This document shows positions 1 to 15,216 of a stretch of 64,000 bases of DNA, in pieces (position 1 is the first letter of the stretch; every line of letters starts with the position of its first letter). The stretch comes from the human T2T-CHM13v2.0 reference genome, Homo sapiens. The notes beneath the pieces were generated by a model. That model saw only the letters and a program-made list of their open reading frames with translations, searched no databases and had not been told where the DNA came from. The DNA lies in the NCBI RefSeq assembly GCF_009914755.1, contig NC_060944.1. One strand, given 5' to 3'. Position numbers and translations under genes: made by a program.

Positions 1-115
1 TTAGAACATAAGCTTCATGATGGCAGGAATTGTGTTGTTATCACCCCTAAAATTTCAAGAGCTAGAACAAGGCATGTCAAATAGCTGATGCTCAGAAATT
101 TTATCAACTGAATAA
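1..115 (+). mobile_element. L2 3' end fragment
   Basis: Degenerate match to the L2 tail (aagcttcatgatggcagga...ctagaaca...tgctcagaaa...tgaat). Confidence 0.5.
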
Positions 116-619
116 ATTATCTGTTGTTTCAGGACCAGGCCAAATTCTTCTACTCACTTTGTCTTACCTCAATCTTCATATCTCTGAATCTATTGTCAGT
201 TTCTTAATTGGTTGTGAGTTTGGTGGGAGATGGATGTGATTCATTGGCCCCCTTAAACAGCACCATTGTCAATAGGCCATGAACTGGCTGGAAAACAGAC
301 TTTAATATGAAACAATAAGAGACTAGGAAGTGCCATATCATATTGATATTGACCATTAGTGCAATAGGGACTCAATCAGAAAAGAAATTAGTGAAAACTA
401 TTGTGGTCCAGAACTTTGAGCTAAGCTTTAAGATAATGACAGATTTAGACATTCAGATAAGTAAGCATACCAGAAATTCACTGTCATTGGCTAAGGGAAG
501 GGATCCCTTGTATCTTACTTCTTATTGTATCACAATGTCTAGCACATAGCTGACTCACTCAATAGTAGTTGAATGAATGGTATTGGATGCTAACGTCAAA
601 TCAGCTAGCTGAATAGAAG

Positions 620-745
620 GTAGTAGAAACACAATGTCTTTGGAGCATAACAGAGCTGCATTTGAATTCTAGCTTCACTATTTAATAACTTTATAACTTA
701 GGACAAAGTGGACTTAATGCTCTTAGTCTCATGTTTCTGATCTGA
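620..745 (+). mobile_element. MIR fragment
   Basis: tttggagc...tttgaattctagcttcactattta...ttaggacaa...cttaatgctct, the MIR 5'/core pattern. Confidence 0.55.
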
Positions 746-752
746 GTTCAGC

Positions 753-758
<6 letters not shown>

Positions 759-799
<41 letters not shown>
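759..799 (+). repeat. (CT)n microsatellite
   Basis: About 20 perfect CT units. Confidence 0.95.
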
Positions 800-804
<5 letters not shown>

Positions 805-968
805 CCTTTGCACCATGGGATAACACAGCAAGAAGGCCCTCTCCAGATGTTAGAACCTTGGTCTTTGACTTCTCAGCCTCCAGAACTGTGAGAGATAAAT
901 TTCTGCTCATTATAAATTACTCAGTCTATTATGGTATTCTGTTTTAGCAGCACAAATGGACTAAGACA
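800..968 (+). mobile_element. MaLR LTR 3' half (MSTC/MSTD/MLT1A-like)
   Basis: gacttctcagcctccagaactgtgagagataaatttctg...gcagcacaaatggactaagaca terminus. Confidence 0.8.
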
Positions 969-1084
969 GTATGTTACCCTGATTTCTGCTGGAAGTGCCA
1001 CTGGCTGACAGCTTCAGCTCTCAATGTAATCTGGGAAATGGCCTCAGTCAATGTACTATGCTACAACTGGCTCCTATTGTCTTG

Positions 1085-1450
1085 TAGGGGTCAATTGTGG
1101 CCATCTGTTTCCAATTCTGTGTTCAGTTGGCAGCCAGAAATCAGCCATGGTGGGAGTATTTATGCAAAAAGTCAGCATTTTTTTTCTGAAAGGGCCAGAT
1201 AGTAAAAATTTATGGCTTTGCAATATTATCTGTTGCAATTACTCAACTCCACCATTATAGCAACCATGGATAACATGTGAACAAATAGGTGTAGCTAACT
1301 TCCAATGAAACTTTATTTACAAAATCAGGTGGTAGACCAGCAGTCTGTGGCTTGTCAATGGTTTCTTTACATCATGAAAATTAGTAAACATTACAAATAA
1401 GTTTTTTTCACCTTCAGATTGACAGTTGTTAAACATTTACCAGTCCATCA
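1085..1450. mobile_element. MER63 (hAT-Blackjack), split by MER58A
   Basis: gaaatcagccatggtgggagtatttat...tacatcatgaaaattagtaaacattacaaat...agttgttaaacatttaccagtccatcac. Confidence 0.65.
1166..1362 (+). mobile_element. MER58A (hAT-Charlie)
   Basis: ttttctgaaagggccagatagtaaaaattt...ttccaatgaaactttatttacaaaatcaggtgg. Confidence 0.75.
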
Positions 1451-1549
1451 CAAGAAGTCAATTCGCCCAAGGTCACATTCCTTTTGCAAGGGCAAATTGA
1501 AACTAATGTCTGTTTAATGTGGAAACATGAGATTAAAAAGCAGACTCTT

Positions 1550-2042
<493 letters not shown>

Positions 2043-2229
2043 TTACACAACTAAGAAAGTTCATCCCAGCTTAAAATCTCCCTGTGGGGTAGATTGAGGA
2101 CATTGTTGTGATTGTATTGCAGCTTCATTTCTTTGTCTGCATAACCCTGCTTCATTCTCTTCTCCTTCCCCCAGCATCTGTCCTTACCTCCCTTCCTGGC
2201 CACCACAGCACACCAAAAATTAGGATTAA

Positions 2230-3022
2230 GTTACACCCTGTCCTGCTCAGAGAAGCACTTGGCCCACTAAGGGAGGAAAGGGACTATATAAATATGCCAG
2301 AGGACTTAGCCAAAAAAATTGGCAGGAGTTGGGAGAGTACATATGAAACTAGACTCTGAGGATGTTGTTAATCAAGGAAGTGGAAAATCCAGTTAGGTAG
2401 GAAAGAGTTTATCAATATGGGAGCATTCCTCCAGAATATAGCGTTTGACACACTATCAGTGACCATAGAGTTGGAACTAACACATTGGTAGGATATATTT
2501 TTTACCACTCTAAGGGAAGCATAAATTCCAGAGTCGCCACAGCAGATATTCCAGTTATGAATTTGCCTTTCCTACCCACAGACCCTCAGCCAGACACACT
2601 GACTGAGTGCTTATATAGTGTTTGATCTACTAATACGTGATCACACCAGAGGACACAGCAAGAGACTCTTGAATTAAGACTGCCACTTGGACACTCAGAG
2701 TTTCTTGTGGTCAAATGCATGACAGGCAAGAAAAGCAGTCACCATCCTGGTTGAAAAAGTCATGATTATCATAAGCTTAGACCCTTAAACATGAAAGGTG
2801 GAATGACCCAGAATGGCAGAGTTACTGAGAGTGAGGGAAATCTAAGATTACACAAAAGACCATGAGGACAAGTTGTCGCCTGAAAAACAGCTACAGTGGC
2901 AACTAGTTCATTATACTGTCTTCTTCCTGTAAGTTTTTCCAAAACAAAAAGTCCTCTCAGAAACCTAGAGCTGCCTATATAGAACTTATAGAAAGAAGAG
3001 GATCTGAACTAAAGGGGTGGAC
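2230..3022 (+). mobile_element. ERVL internal remnant (HERV16/ERV3-16A3-like), heavily deleted
   Basis: ggcaggagttgggagagtacatatg...gagtttatcaatatgggagca resembles ERVL gag. The polypurine tract aaaggggtggac directly precedes the LTR at 3023. Confidence 0.55.
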
Positions 3023-3420
3023 TGTAGTGGATGCTGTGTTGCACTGCCCTGAACCTCCAGTTAGGACTAAAGGTCCAATTTCACCAGGTGAAAAAAGTTT
3101 TGATGTATTATGGCTGTGAGTTCTCTCTGGAAATGGAAGAGATAAAGTCAGAAATCCCTGAATCCCATAGCTATTTGATGAGGGGATAAAAAAGGAAGCC
3201 CCTCTTGCCCCAACTCAAGACAATCCTAATAGGTCATCTCAGTTCAAAGCTTTTTATGGGATTAGCTGGGGCCATTAGTGTTACTGCAAGCAACTCCAAT
3301 TCTCTGTCTGTCTATTCCTTCCCTTCCCCCACAGATGTTAAAACCAAGAGCACTCTCTAATAGATATTCATACTAATCTCAGTTACAAAGTTGGCTTCCT
3401 TGGGAACCTTATCTGAAACA
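3023..3420 (+). mobile_element. ERVL LTR (LTR16C-like)
   Basis: Starts tgtagtggatgctgtg, contains gcccctcttgccccaactcaagacaa, ends ggcttccttgggaaccttatctgaaaca. Confidence 0.7.
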
Positions 3421-3539
3421 TGATTAAATGAAATGATGTCCCTAAAGTGCCAGACATTAAAAAGGATCTTATGATATGTGGGTTTGATCTCATAATATAC
3501 CTAAGAAAACATGAGTTTCAAGCAACAGCATTAAAAATG

Positions 3540-3715
3540 GTAAAAATAACAACACCTATTATTACTAAGTGCTTACTCAATAGTAAACTAAGTGCTTTAC
3601 ATACATTAACTCATTTCATCCTTTCAACAAGTCTATTATAATCTACATTTTACAGAAAAGTAAAGGAAGCACAAGGGAGTTAATTAACTTCCTCAAGTTC
3701 ACTTGCTTATCCATT
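3540..3715 (-). mobile_element. MIR
   Basis: ctaagtgctttacatacattaactcatttcatcct...cattttacagaaaag...taacttcctcaagttcac. Confidence 0.7.
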
Positions 3716-4249
3716 ACACTTTACCAGATTGGGTTTGAATATGGCTCTAAAAGAGACATATTTGTAAGAGAAGTTTCAGAATAATCCCTTTGCTTTTTAA
3801 GTCCTGTCAGCCTAAAATTTGAGCCATTTAAAGATGGCAAAGGTTTTCTGCTATTGTACATGAACTCATATTCATTGAAAAATCTCATCTGAAGTAATTC
3901 TGAGAGGGGAAGAGAAACTAGTCATTTAAAGAAGTATATTACAAACAATAAACAGAGTCTATAATATTCCTCATTCTTGGAAAACACATACATCATAGGC
4001 ATAATGTGTTTCTGGGATATAAAGTTGTGTAGTGACTTGGCATTAAACTAAGACCCCAAGTTTTATTTTACTTCATCCAAATAACAGCTGGCAGATGACT
4101 GTCCATTGTGACCATGCTTGGCTGAATTTCAGTAATGATGGGAGAATCAATATTCCTGCTATTTCACATAACAAAATGTACTGTGTTCAGTTGAGGTGGT
4201 GTGGGTTCTGTATTTTATATTGCCAGTAATCAAGTCAATACAAAATGAT

Positions 4250-4356
4250 GCAGTAAGTGTTCAGTGAGTGTTGACCATAAGCTGGACACTGTGCTAGGCA
4301 CTAGCATTAAGAACACAGCAGATGCAACACTTTCCTTAAGGAGCTTACAGTCTAAG
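4250..4356 (-). mobile_element. L2 fragment
   Basis: gacactgtgctaggcact...aaggagcttacagtcta. Confidence 0.6.
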
Positions 4357-4359
4357 TAC

Positions 4360-4660
4360 ATGGATCTTAAACTTCAATAATTTCCATACTACTTTCAACA
4401 TTGTTGGCATATTCATATACTGTATGTACTACAGTATTCTCACTGTAGCTTTAATCATCTGCTTTTATTTAAATTTACTTAAGAAAGTATATAGCACCTC
4501 TGAAAATTAAAAGGAGTTACCCCTTGCCACAAAGAGAAAACTTTCATATAAACCAATATAAAAATATAACTACTATAACTAGTTTTTTGAGATTAAGTGT
4601 TTAAAAAAAATAAAATCATTGTGAACTTCTCTAGTGATGCATGTGCCACATTTACTGGCC
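4360..4660. mobile_element. MER113-like (hAT-Charlie)
   Basis: cttaaacttcaataatttccatactactttcaacattgttggcatatt...cccttgccacaaagagaaaact. Confidence 0.45.
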
Positions 4661-4719
4661 TCATAGAAGGAGGTAGGTGTGAGGAGAAAGTAGGAAAATG
4701 AATGGCTATTTGATGCAAT

Positions 4720-4975
4720 ATGATAAACTGGTAAAGAACATGGAACCTAAAGCTAAATCCATTTGATTCAAATTTTAGTTCTGGCACTTAGCACTTATGA
4801 GTTACATAACTTCAGGAAACCTTTCTGAGCCTCAATTTCCTCACCTATAAGATGGGAATAACATAATGTTTAATTCTTCGGGTGATTGTCAGGATTAAAT
4901 TAATTGAACAGCTTAGAGTTGTGGCTAGCACATCATTACCATAATAAAAAGGTTGGTTATTATTGTTAGTATTGC
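4720..4975 (+). mobile_element. MIR
   Basis: Core aacctttctgagcctcaatttcctcacctataagatgggaataa. Confidence 0.8.
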
Positions 4976-5184
4976 AGTATACCAAGTTATGGGAGGGGGT
5001 CTATGCAGGGTGATTCTCAATTCTATCAGAGGGACCCAAAAAAGGCTTCACAGAGGAGATGCCCATATACATGACTGATGAGTAGGAGCTTATCCAGCCT
5101 ATGAAGCAGGAGATGGTGATCATTCAGGCAGAGGACAGTAAGCTAAAATCACCTCATTTTTTCTCTTCTCTGATGCACTCAATT

Positions 5185-6190
5185 AGTGGACACCTTTTGG
5201 TTTTGCTGCCCCCTTTTCTCCAGTGATAGCACTTTGATCTTTCCTTGGATAGCTATTCTTTGCTCACTCTTGGCACACAAAGATAGGGTAGGACTGAATC
5301 CACTCCCAGCTCCTGATTGGGCATGTAAGTCGGATCTGTGCAACCATTCATCTGGCTGTGGAGATGAGTGTGGTCAAAATTGAACCAGTCAAAGTGAATC
5401 TCAGGACCCTGTATGGAACCTCTAGAAAGAAGAGTACTATTGGTTTCCTAGGACTGCTGTAAGAAGTACCACAAACACTTCTTTTTGTTAAGAGCAACTT
5501 AACAAAAAATTATTATCTCACTGTTTTGGAGGCCAGAAGTCCAAAATCAAGATGTTGGCAGGCCATGGTTTCCCTGAAGACACTGGAGAAGGCTCTATTC
5601 CAGGCCACTCACCTAGCTAGTTGGAGTTCATTGGCTTGTGGCAGCATAACTCTATCTTTACATGGCTTTCTCCCAGGGCCCCCGGACATGGCTGAGTCCA
5701 AATTTATCCTTTTTACAAGGACATCAGTCATGTTGGATCATAGACTCAGCATACTCCAGTATACTCCAGTATACTCCAGTATGACTGCATCTTAACCACT
5801 CACAACTGCAATGACTCCATTTTCAAATAACAACACATTCTGGGGTATTGGGTGTCAGGACTCAGGAATCTGGGGAGAACCACAGTGTAACCCATAACAG
5901 AGAGGTTCTCATTACACAGGATTTAAAGTTGATAATAGATAAGTCTGATGCTTCTGGGGATTCTAGATGGGGGAGAAATACCCTCCCTGGGAATAAAGCC
6001 AACTCAGAGGAAATGAGAACTGAGAGACAACAAAACAGGTTCCCACTGTCATCATCTGAGCACCTGGATCCAGCTATGCCTAATTTGATCCCTGAACTTT
6101 TCAGGTACAGGAGCCAATAACTCCCTCATTTTTTTAAAGCTGACATTAGTTAGAGTTGGGTTTCTATAACATTGAAATAAAATAGTCCAG
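5185..6190 (+). mobile_element. Old MaLR LTR (MLT1K/L-like), interrupted by a younger MLT1
   Basis: gagcacctggatccagctatgcct...gagccaataactccc...gagttgggtttct 3' signature. Confidence 0.65.
5435..5899 (-). mobile_element. MaLR LTR (MLT1B/C-like)
   Basis: tttcctaggactgctgtaagaagtaccacaaac...ggaggccagaagtccaaaatcaagatgttggcagg...aacccataaca. Confidence 0.8.
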
Positions 6191-8694
6191 TCGAAAATAA
6201 AATCTTAAGCCACTTAGAAATTTTAAAATTTTTATAAATAAATTCTAGGATCCATAAGAGAAAAGGATAGGTTTATTAAAGAAACAGGAACTTTAAAACA
6301 GGTTTAAGCCAGTTTTGAAGAGCCACCCCTTTCTAGACACATCCTTTGATATCTTGCGTAGTAACTGTTAGTAGTTTGTGACATTTCTAGTCTGTCCTGG
6401 GTGTTACTAGTAGCTGACAGGTCAGGCCTGTCACCTCCATAAAAGCAATGAACATCCATACCAGCAAACTCTATGGTGTGGAGTCCCTTTGAGAATTACT
6501 GATGTCACACTAAATCTCATCAGCTGTATTTATTCTCTCTTCATCACTGCCATTTGAGGCTCTTCAAAAAGAAGAAGTCTGATTATTTTTACATGAAGAT
6601 AGCTTCTCCCTGCTCCTGTGATTTGAAAATTGTAAACCAAAGCTTAATTCTAGGAGAGTTCATTTGTCCTCATGGCAAGTATAATTAAAATATAAATCTC
6701 TAGGGGGAATACCTGGAAAATTAAGGTTATTGTTGACATTATTATTAATTAATAATTATCAAATACTCACTTTAAAAAATGATTAGCCTTTAGATTTTGA
6801 TAGCCTCCATTATCCTCATTAGGTAATAGTGAAATAAAGATGAATGAATCCTCAAGCTGATGAATTAATGATTAAGGCAGTCCAGAAGAATTCAACCTAG
6901 ATTCTGTATCCAGCAGGCTTCCGCATCAGCCTGTGGCATTCTCTTAGCTGGTTAGATTTTGAGTAAGTGTTCGAATGAGATTAACTCTTAGAGCAGTGAT
7001 TTCATCGGGAGATAAAGTCTGATAAGTAAAGAAGAAAAAATACAAAACCACATTAAATCCTTTCAGCAATATCCCACTGAGGGTCCCCAGAAGGTGATAC
7101 CAGAATACAGCCTGCATGAGGTTTCTGAGACACCCTTCTATAATCTTGTCACAAGCAAAAGAATTTTCTAAGGAAACATCTAATGATGCTGATAAGAACC
7201 ATGCACATGAATCAATGAGGAACCTAGACCTCTTGGTTTAGATTTGGTATGACAGTATTGTGTGTTAAATAAATACCAATAAATTATTAAAACATATTGG
7301 TTGTATCGTAACACAGAGCCTTAACAATGTATTATGTCAGCATGTACAGCTCTCGCTCAGGGAAATTCTCCATCTCTTTAATTCAAGCATTGACATTCTG
7401 TGCCAGCACAAAGCTTTTTTTTATTTGAGATTGACACATGTCTAAAATTGCTTAGATTTTGTGTTGTGCTCTTAATACTTGAAACCCGGCAAATGAAATT
7501 CTATGTCACTGTGCATGAACAATGCCTTACAAAAAAAAAAAAAAAAAATCTTAGCCTGGGGGTTCAACTAGAGGATTGGAGAAACAAAAAGTGCTTTCAC
7601 TACTATTGCTTCAAGTTGGGGGAATAATTACTTTGCTCGAGGAAAAGGGAGGGCCATTCCTAGCCCCTTGAAAAAACAGTATGTTTGTCAGGCCTTAAAT
7701 TAGATCATTAAATTCAAGAAGGGTGTTGTATATGGATCCTGGTCATGTCAATGTAAGGGCTGCCTGTGTCATGGTGAGGATGTTAGTCCTCATCTGGTAA
7801 CTATTCAGGGGAGCTTCTTTGCTCCTGTTTTATTCTGACATGCCTGGGTAATTGTGGTAACCCTGATGAACTCTCCTTTCTCTACCTGAGGATAAACTTC
7901 CTCCAGTTTACTTTCCAAAGGCATGATTATGCCTTCTACTTTGGCTGTAGTTTTATTTTCATGGGATTTTCTCAAAATAACATTTCAGGCATCAAGCATT
8001 ACTTAATGCCCTTGAATGTCACCACATTACTAATGGGGATGGGGAGTCTGGCCAAAGCTGGGACTCCCTAGGTGAGTATGAATGGCAAATCTCACGTAGC
8101 ACTTTGGCATTTAGCATCTTATATCTACAAGGTTGTCCCTATATTCAGTTTTTGATGCAACAGTTTTGTTTCATTCTCAGCTGTTGGGAAGAAAAGAAAA
8201 GGAGTTTGCTTAAGATTGAAAATCTTTTTGGACTGTGATCTAGATGCCTCTACGGGACAATCTGGGGCCATAAGCATAATGAGCACACACTCTTTAGGAA
8301 GGAATTTCGACCTTTTCTGCCTTACTGCTCAATATCCATTTCCCATCCTCCAGTGCACTAAACAGCCGTCCCAGGTGACCTCGCATTTCCCCAATAAGCC
8401 GTTTTGTTTCAAGCTTCCGTGCCTTTGCACACGCTGTTTTTGCTATTTGAAGTGCTTTCCCCATCTTTTGAGAAAATTCCTATCCGTTCTTTCAGAATCA
8501 GCTCCAGAATCTTTATGAGATCTCTGCTTCCTGGAGAAGCACCCCCAGTATGTTTAATTTGTAATGAACCTCTTCAAATTGCTCACCTCTTGTTTCTACC
8601 CCCTCAAATTTTTGCTTCTTGAATGGTGAGGCCAATTGGAACTAGCCGTTAGGAGCTATTATTATATTCCAAATCCCGGAGTCAGTGATCGAGG

Positions 8695-8855
8695 CATCAA
8701 GCCATTTACTCCGTGTCAAAGCCATGCTATATGGGCTACTCTCCCCATCGTTCAGATGTGAATCCTGAGACTCTGAGAAGTTAAGCAACTTGCCTGGTAT
8801 CACATAGTTAATAAGTCACAGATCCAGGACTCAATCCCCTGAAGCTGACACCAAG
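8695..8855 (-). mobile_element. MIR
   Basis: ccccatcgttcagatgtgaatcctgagactctgagaagttaagcaacttgcctggtatcacatag. Confidence 0.7.
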
Positions 8856-9072
8856 TATGACACAATTGATTTATCGCCACAGTAAAATTTTTTGTTTTCC
8901 TCACTTCTCCCGCAGCACTTGATATATAGTTGCTGCTGTGATAAATGAGCAAATGTTTGGATTATAAAGCCGTTTGTTATGCTATATAGCCCATTCTACA
9001 TTGGGAGATGGAATGTAAAATGATGTATAATACAGTCTTCTATAATGGAGACTATTAAGATAGAACAGAGAG

Positions 9073-9600
<528 letters not shown>

Positions 9601-9889
9601 TTACCCCAAAGTTAGCATAGTGGAAAAACTATACAGACACACTGGAAGCAGGCTGCTGATGTAAACTGTTTGTATTCAATACGCTCCATTTTGCAATAGA
9701 TAAAGTCCTTCTCCTGTAATTTAGATAGTTTGAGTTCTCACTGTGGCTTCACTACCCATGAGTTGGGTGATCCGAGGTAAGTAATTTTTCCTTTTTGGTT
9801 TTGGTTTTCTTAAAAATTCCATTCTGGTTCTGAGACTTGATGTGCTTCTAATAATTTATGCAACAACCTGCAGTAGCTAGTTGACCCTT

Positions 9890-10250
9890 CCTGTTTCTCA
9901 GCTACAAGCCTTTGACAGCTCAGGAATTTGGCGTTTGTCACCCTCTGCCTGGACACTTCTTTCCCACTTCTCCCATGTGGCTTACCCTTCAGGTCTCAAC
10001 CCAAATGCCACCTCCCAGAGAGAACATCTCTGACCTCAAGTTAACCTCCTTTGCTACCCCCCCATTACTTCCCCTACAGGGTTTCCAGAAGTTGAAATTA
10101 TTGCAATTATTCCTTTACTTGCTTTTTCCCTACTCCCACCACTGAAACACAAGACCATGAGGACAGGGCTCTGGCTGTCTTTTTTAACATGGTATACTCA
10201 TGCCTCAGACAGTGCTTGGCACTTACTAGGTGCTCAGTAAATATTTTTAT
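9890..10250 (+). mobile_element. L2 3' end
   Basis: ccttcaggtctcaacccaaatgccacctcccagagag...acagtgcttggcacttactaggtgctcagtaaatattt. Confidence 0.75.
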
Positions 10251-11224
10251 TGTTACCCTTTTCAGTCATTGTAAGTAAAATAAATATTGTTAGTATTTTC
10301 AGTGATTCCAGAGAAAATCAGCCAAAACTTTAGCGTTTCACACATCTTTATAAATTTCCATTTTCCCTGGATGCTCATTTCTCAATACCTGTAATTACCT
10401 TTCTACGCCACCCCATTCTCAATCCTTCACACATAGTCCTGCTTTCCATGCAAGGTGGGGGAAAGGCATGTGGCTGGCTGATTAAGCAATTAGCCAGGCA
10501 AGCAATTCTTTCTTGAGCAAGTGAGTCATTGCAGATTCAGAAACTAGGCATTCACACTGGAAACCACCCAGGCAACTTTGTTCTTGAGTACCCTTGCCTA
10601 ATGCGGTTTAATGAAAACCTTTGCATCACTTTTAATTCCCTCTTAAGTAATGCATACCATTTAATCAGGGTTCCCACCCTTTCTATTGTGAGAGCTGGGG
10701 GCTGGTTTATAAAAGAAGAAGACGAGAAATAGCAGTTGACTCAAGACCTACTGGAGGGTTCTGCTTGCCCTGCTGAGGCGCCTTTGTTTGTGGAACTGCA
10801 TTGTTTTGTTTCTGTGGTTATATTTAGAGCAGTGCACAGAGAATGGAAAGGGGATGGGAAATGAATGAGTTTACAAATATGTTGGTGATATAATTAAAAG
10901 GGCAGGAAGATGCCATGTAAATAAATAGTAATGGGGGGAAGGGAAGAGCTGAGCGAGAGAAGACCGAGGAAATTCAGGAAATATGGGGCTTCACTACGAG
11001 CAATAAGGCTGCTTGGCTGTGAGTGTCATGCTGTCCCCAAGCACTGCCAAGGGTCCAAGGCACATTTCCTAGACAACGGGACATTATAATGAAGGAATCC
11101 ACCTGGAGTTTTCTCTCATCACCACAAGGAAAGAACTTTTCAAGCATATTCTAGGCAAATCCTTTTCTTTTTTTTTTTTTTTCAAAAAAAAATTCAAAAG
11201 TAATAATAGATGTTTTGATAAATG

Positions 11225-11465
11225 AATAGCTACCCTGATTGAAGGCTTGCATTGGCACAGTTAAAAGCCCTTTTACTCATTTAATTCACACAGCAGCACT
11301 CTGAACTAAGTACTATTATTATTCCCATCTTTCAAGTGATAAAACTGAGGCAGGGATGTGAAACCACTTGCCCAAAGTTAAACAGGTAGGAAGAAGCAGA
11401 GTTAGCCCTGGAGGTCATTTTGCCTTGCTCCAGAACCCATTACTTTAACAACCTCGCTCTCCTGC
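11225..11465 (-). mobile_element. MIR
   Basis: tattattattcccatctttcaagtgataaaactgaggcaggg...acttgcccaaagt. Confidence 0.75.
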
Positions 11466-11486
11466 CTCTCCGCAATTTAAGTCTTT

Positions 11487-11567
11487 TTAGAATTAACCAT
11501 ATGAAATTGCCAATCTTGAGTCATTTTCTATTTACAAAAAGTGGCAATTTCACGTGATTCAACCTAA
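11487..11567. mobile_element. MADE2 (Hsmar2-derived mariner MITE)
   Basis: About 80 bp with inverted ends: ttag..aaccatatgaaattgcca ... tggcaatttcacgtgattcaacctaa. Confidence 0.8.
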
Positions 11568-12469
11568 TGCAAAATTATAGAAAGTATGAAATTCTTCCTC
11601 CTGCTGTCAAAAAATGTGTATTTCTAGAACTTTCCAGTGCACACACCTACAATGGCACTCCTAGACAGACGTCCATAATTTTATATTGTGTTGTTTACAA
11701 GACTGGGAAAATATGCTCAAAAATATTCCTTGGACAACAATGCACAGATATTCTTGTGCACATGTGTGACTATTTCTGGAGGCGGGCTATCTGGAAGCAG
11801 AATGCTAAATCATAAACTTTCCCTCAGGGCATGGCAGTTCTTAAAATTCTGCTCTCCTTGCTTCAGTCATTCAAATTTCCAGGTGCTAGGTTCATAGAGG
11901 GAATGACAAGTCATTTGAGCCAATGAGGTACAGATGCCGGATACAAAGGGGGTGGACCCAGAAAGACTTTTGAAGAGGTAACCCCAGCAATGATCTTCCC
12001 TCTGACCAGAACATAGATATTTCAAATTTATGAATATGACTTCCTGCCTCAAAAAGGTCAGAGATCACCGTGAAGCTCTGGTTTGTTTCATCAAGCCCAG
12101 AGAGATATGTTGAAGGGGTGGTGCTGACCTCAAGGGTCTTTGCTGCCTGGAGATGAAAGGCCTGTGAAGGTCAAAGACCTCGGTTAAGTCAATATCCTAC
12201 ACAGTGATAGCTCTCTGATACTCTGATCTTCAATGACTCAGCTCCCTGGGGATCCCATGCTCCTCAGACTGAAGTGATGTTGGTTCTTGGGTGTTTAATG
12301 TCGTCTGTCTTGATCTCCTAGTTCTCTTTTACCTGGCTCATGCTAGTCTATCTGGGATTGCAGCCGACTGATCTTTTGAGTACATCGGGTGTTCATTTCT
12401 GAGACTCAGAGCTGTACTGCCTGGATTTGTGCAGCTGTTGGGATTCCCTGTTCTTGGATGGAGACTGTC

Positions 12470-13352
<883 letters not shown>

Positions 13353-14020
13353 GGTCTTGGGTTTCTGTTTTCCAAGAGCCAGTGGTAATTATTAAGTAAA
13401 GGATTTCCTTTGGCTAGTCTTCAGCGGACATGCTTCTTTCCAGAGGGAGGACGAGAAAGTGGATAGGTTTGTTAGGTTAACAAAGCTATATGTTTAAAAA
13501 CGTTCATCATCATTTCATATTAAAGTGAAACAATGTCAATACCTTTGTTAGGAAAAGCATCCAATATTGTGTGAAATAACACAGAATAGAAATCTGTTAC
13601 CAGAATAAGGTTACCCATAAGAACTGGCACGAATGGTGATTAAGAGTGTGCAAATAAAAAGAGTTAATTCCAGAACAATGTGTTTGGCATTACAACATTT
13701 GTTATTTAAAAAATCATAAACTAAGAGATTCATGTCTGTGTTGACATTGTAAAAGAATTTAAGGGAAAAACTGGTTATCCCTGAAAGATGAATAATAGAA
13801 ATGTTTTTATTTTCCATTCCACGTGTTTATGGTTGTTTAAAAGCACTGTGTATTTCTTTCATTAAGCAGGTAAGACACCAAAGGGATATATAAAAAGCCA
13901 GCACAAGTTCAATCTAAAAATGAAAAAGTAGAGAATGACTATTTCTAAAGCAAGTAGAAACAATGATTCATAAACTGGGCAATGATTAAAAAAACAAACA
14001 AACCAGGCTTAAAGGTGTGA

Positions 14021-14465
<445 letters not shown>

Positions 14466-14871
14466 CAAACCAACATTTTAATAATACTTTTAGAAGTTTC
14501 TTTCATTCATAGGTTCTCCCCTCTGTGACTTATTGATACTCTCGGGTCTGCCTTCCTCCCTTTGTACTGGAGATTCGAGTAGGGCCTTGTGCCAGTTGCC
14601 TGTTTCCAAGTTGCTGGTGTTATTATCACTGCTCACTTCTCTCCTTCCCTGTGGGAAGCTGACTCTTGTCTAATCTTTCATTCTCAGCCTCTGAAGTTGG
14701 GGGCAGAAAAGGTAAGGCATCAGAGAAACCTAAAATAGGAGAGGGGTCTTCAAATGATAAAAGCATACTTTGGAATTGAACCTGGACTGTGGGAATTGAG
14801 ACATACATGTGGGCCTGCACTTGGTGACTTCAATCATGTAATGACAAAGCAGGATGGATGAGGACGGGACT

Positions 14872-15194
14872 TGTCTTAGTGGGTGGCTGGTAAGCAATAG
14901 AAACTTACTGCTCACAGTTCTGGAGGCTGAGAAGTCTGAAATCAAGGTGCTGGTGTATTGGGTATCTGGTAAGGGCCCCAACTTTTGGTTCATCCATGGC
15001 ACCTTCTTTCCGCATCCTCCATGGTGAAAGGGGCTAGCTAGGTCTCTGTTATAAGGCCGCTAATCCCATTTATAAGGGTTTCACCCTCATGACTTAATCA
15101 AATCCCAAAAGTCTCCACTTCTTAATACCAACACATTGGAGATTAGGTTTCAACATATGAATTTTAGGGAAACATAAGCATTCAGACCATAGCA
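14872..15194 (-). mobile_element. MaLR LTR (MLT1A0-like)
   Basis: tgtcttagt...gctcacagttctggaggctgagaagtc...caacatatgaattttaggg...cattcagaccatagca. Confidence 0.85.
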
Positions 15195-15216
15195 GGAGCC
15201 CATATTCATGTCTTAC

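Noticed and set aside
11487-11567. Hairpin resembling a pre-miRNA (similarly 34587-34770)
   Set aside because: Explained by the terminal inverted repeats of MADE2 and MER53. There is no evidence of expression.
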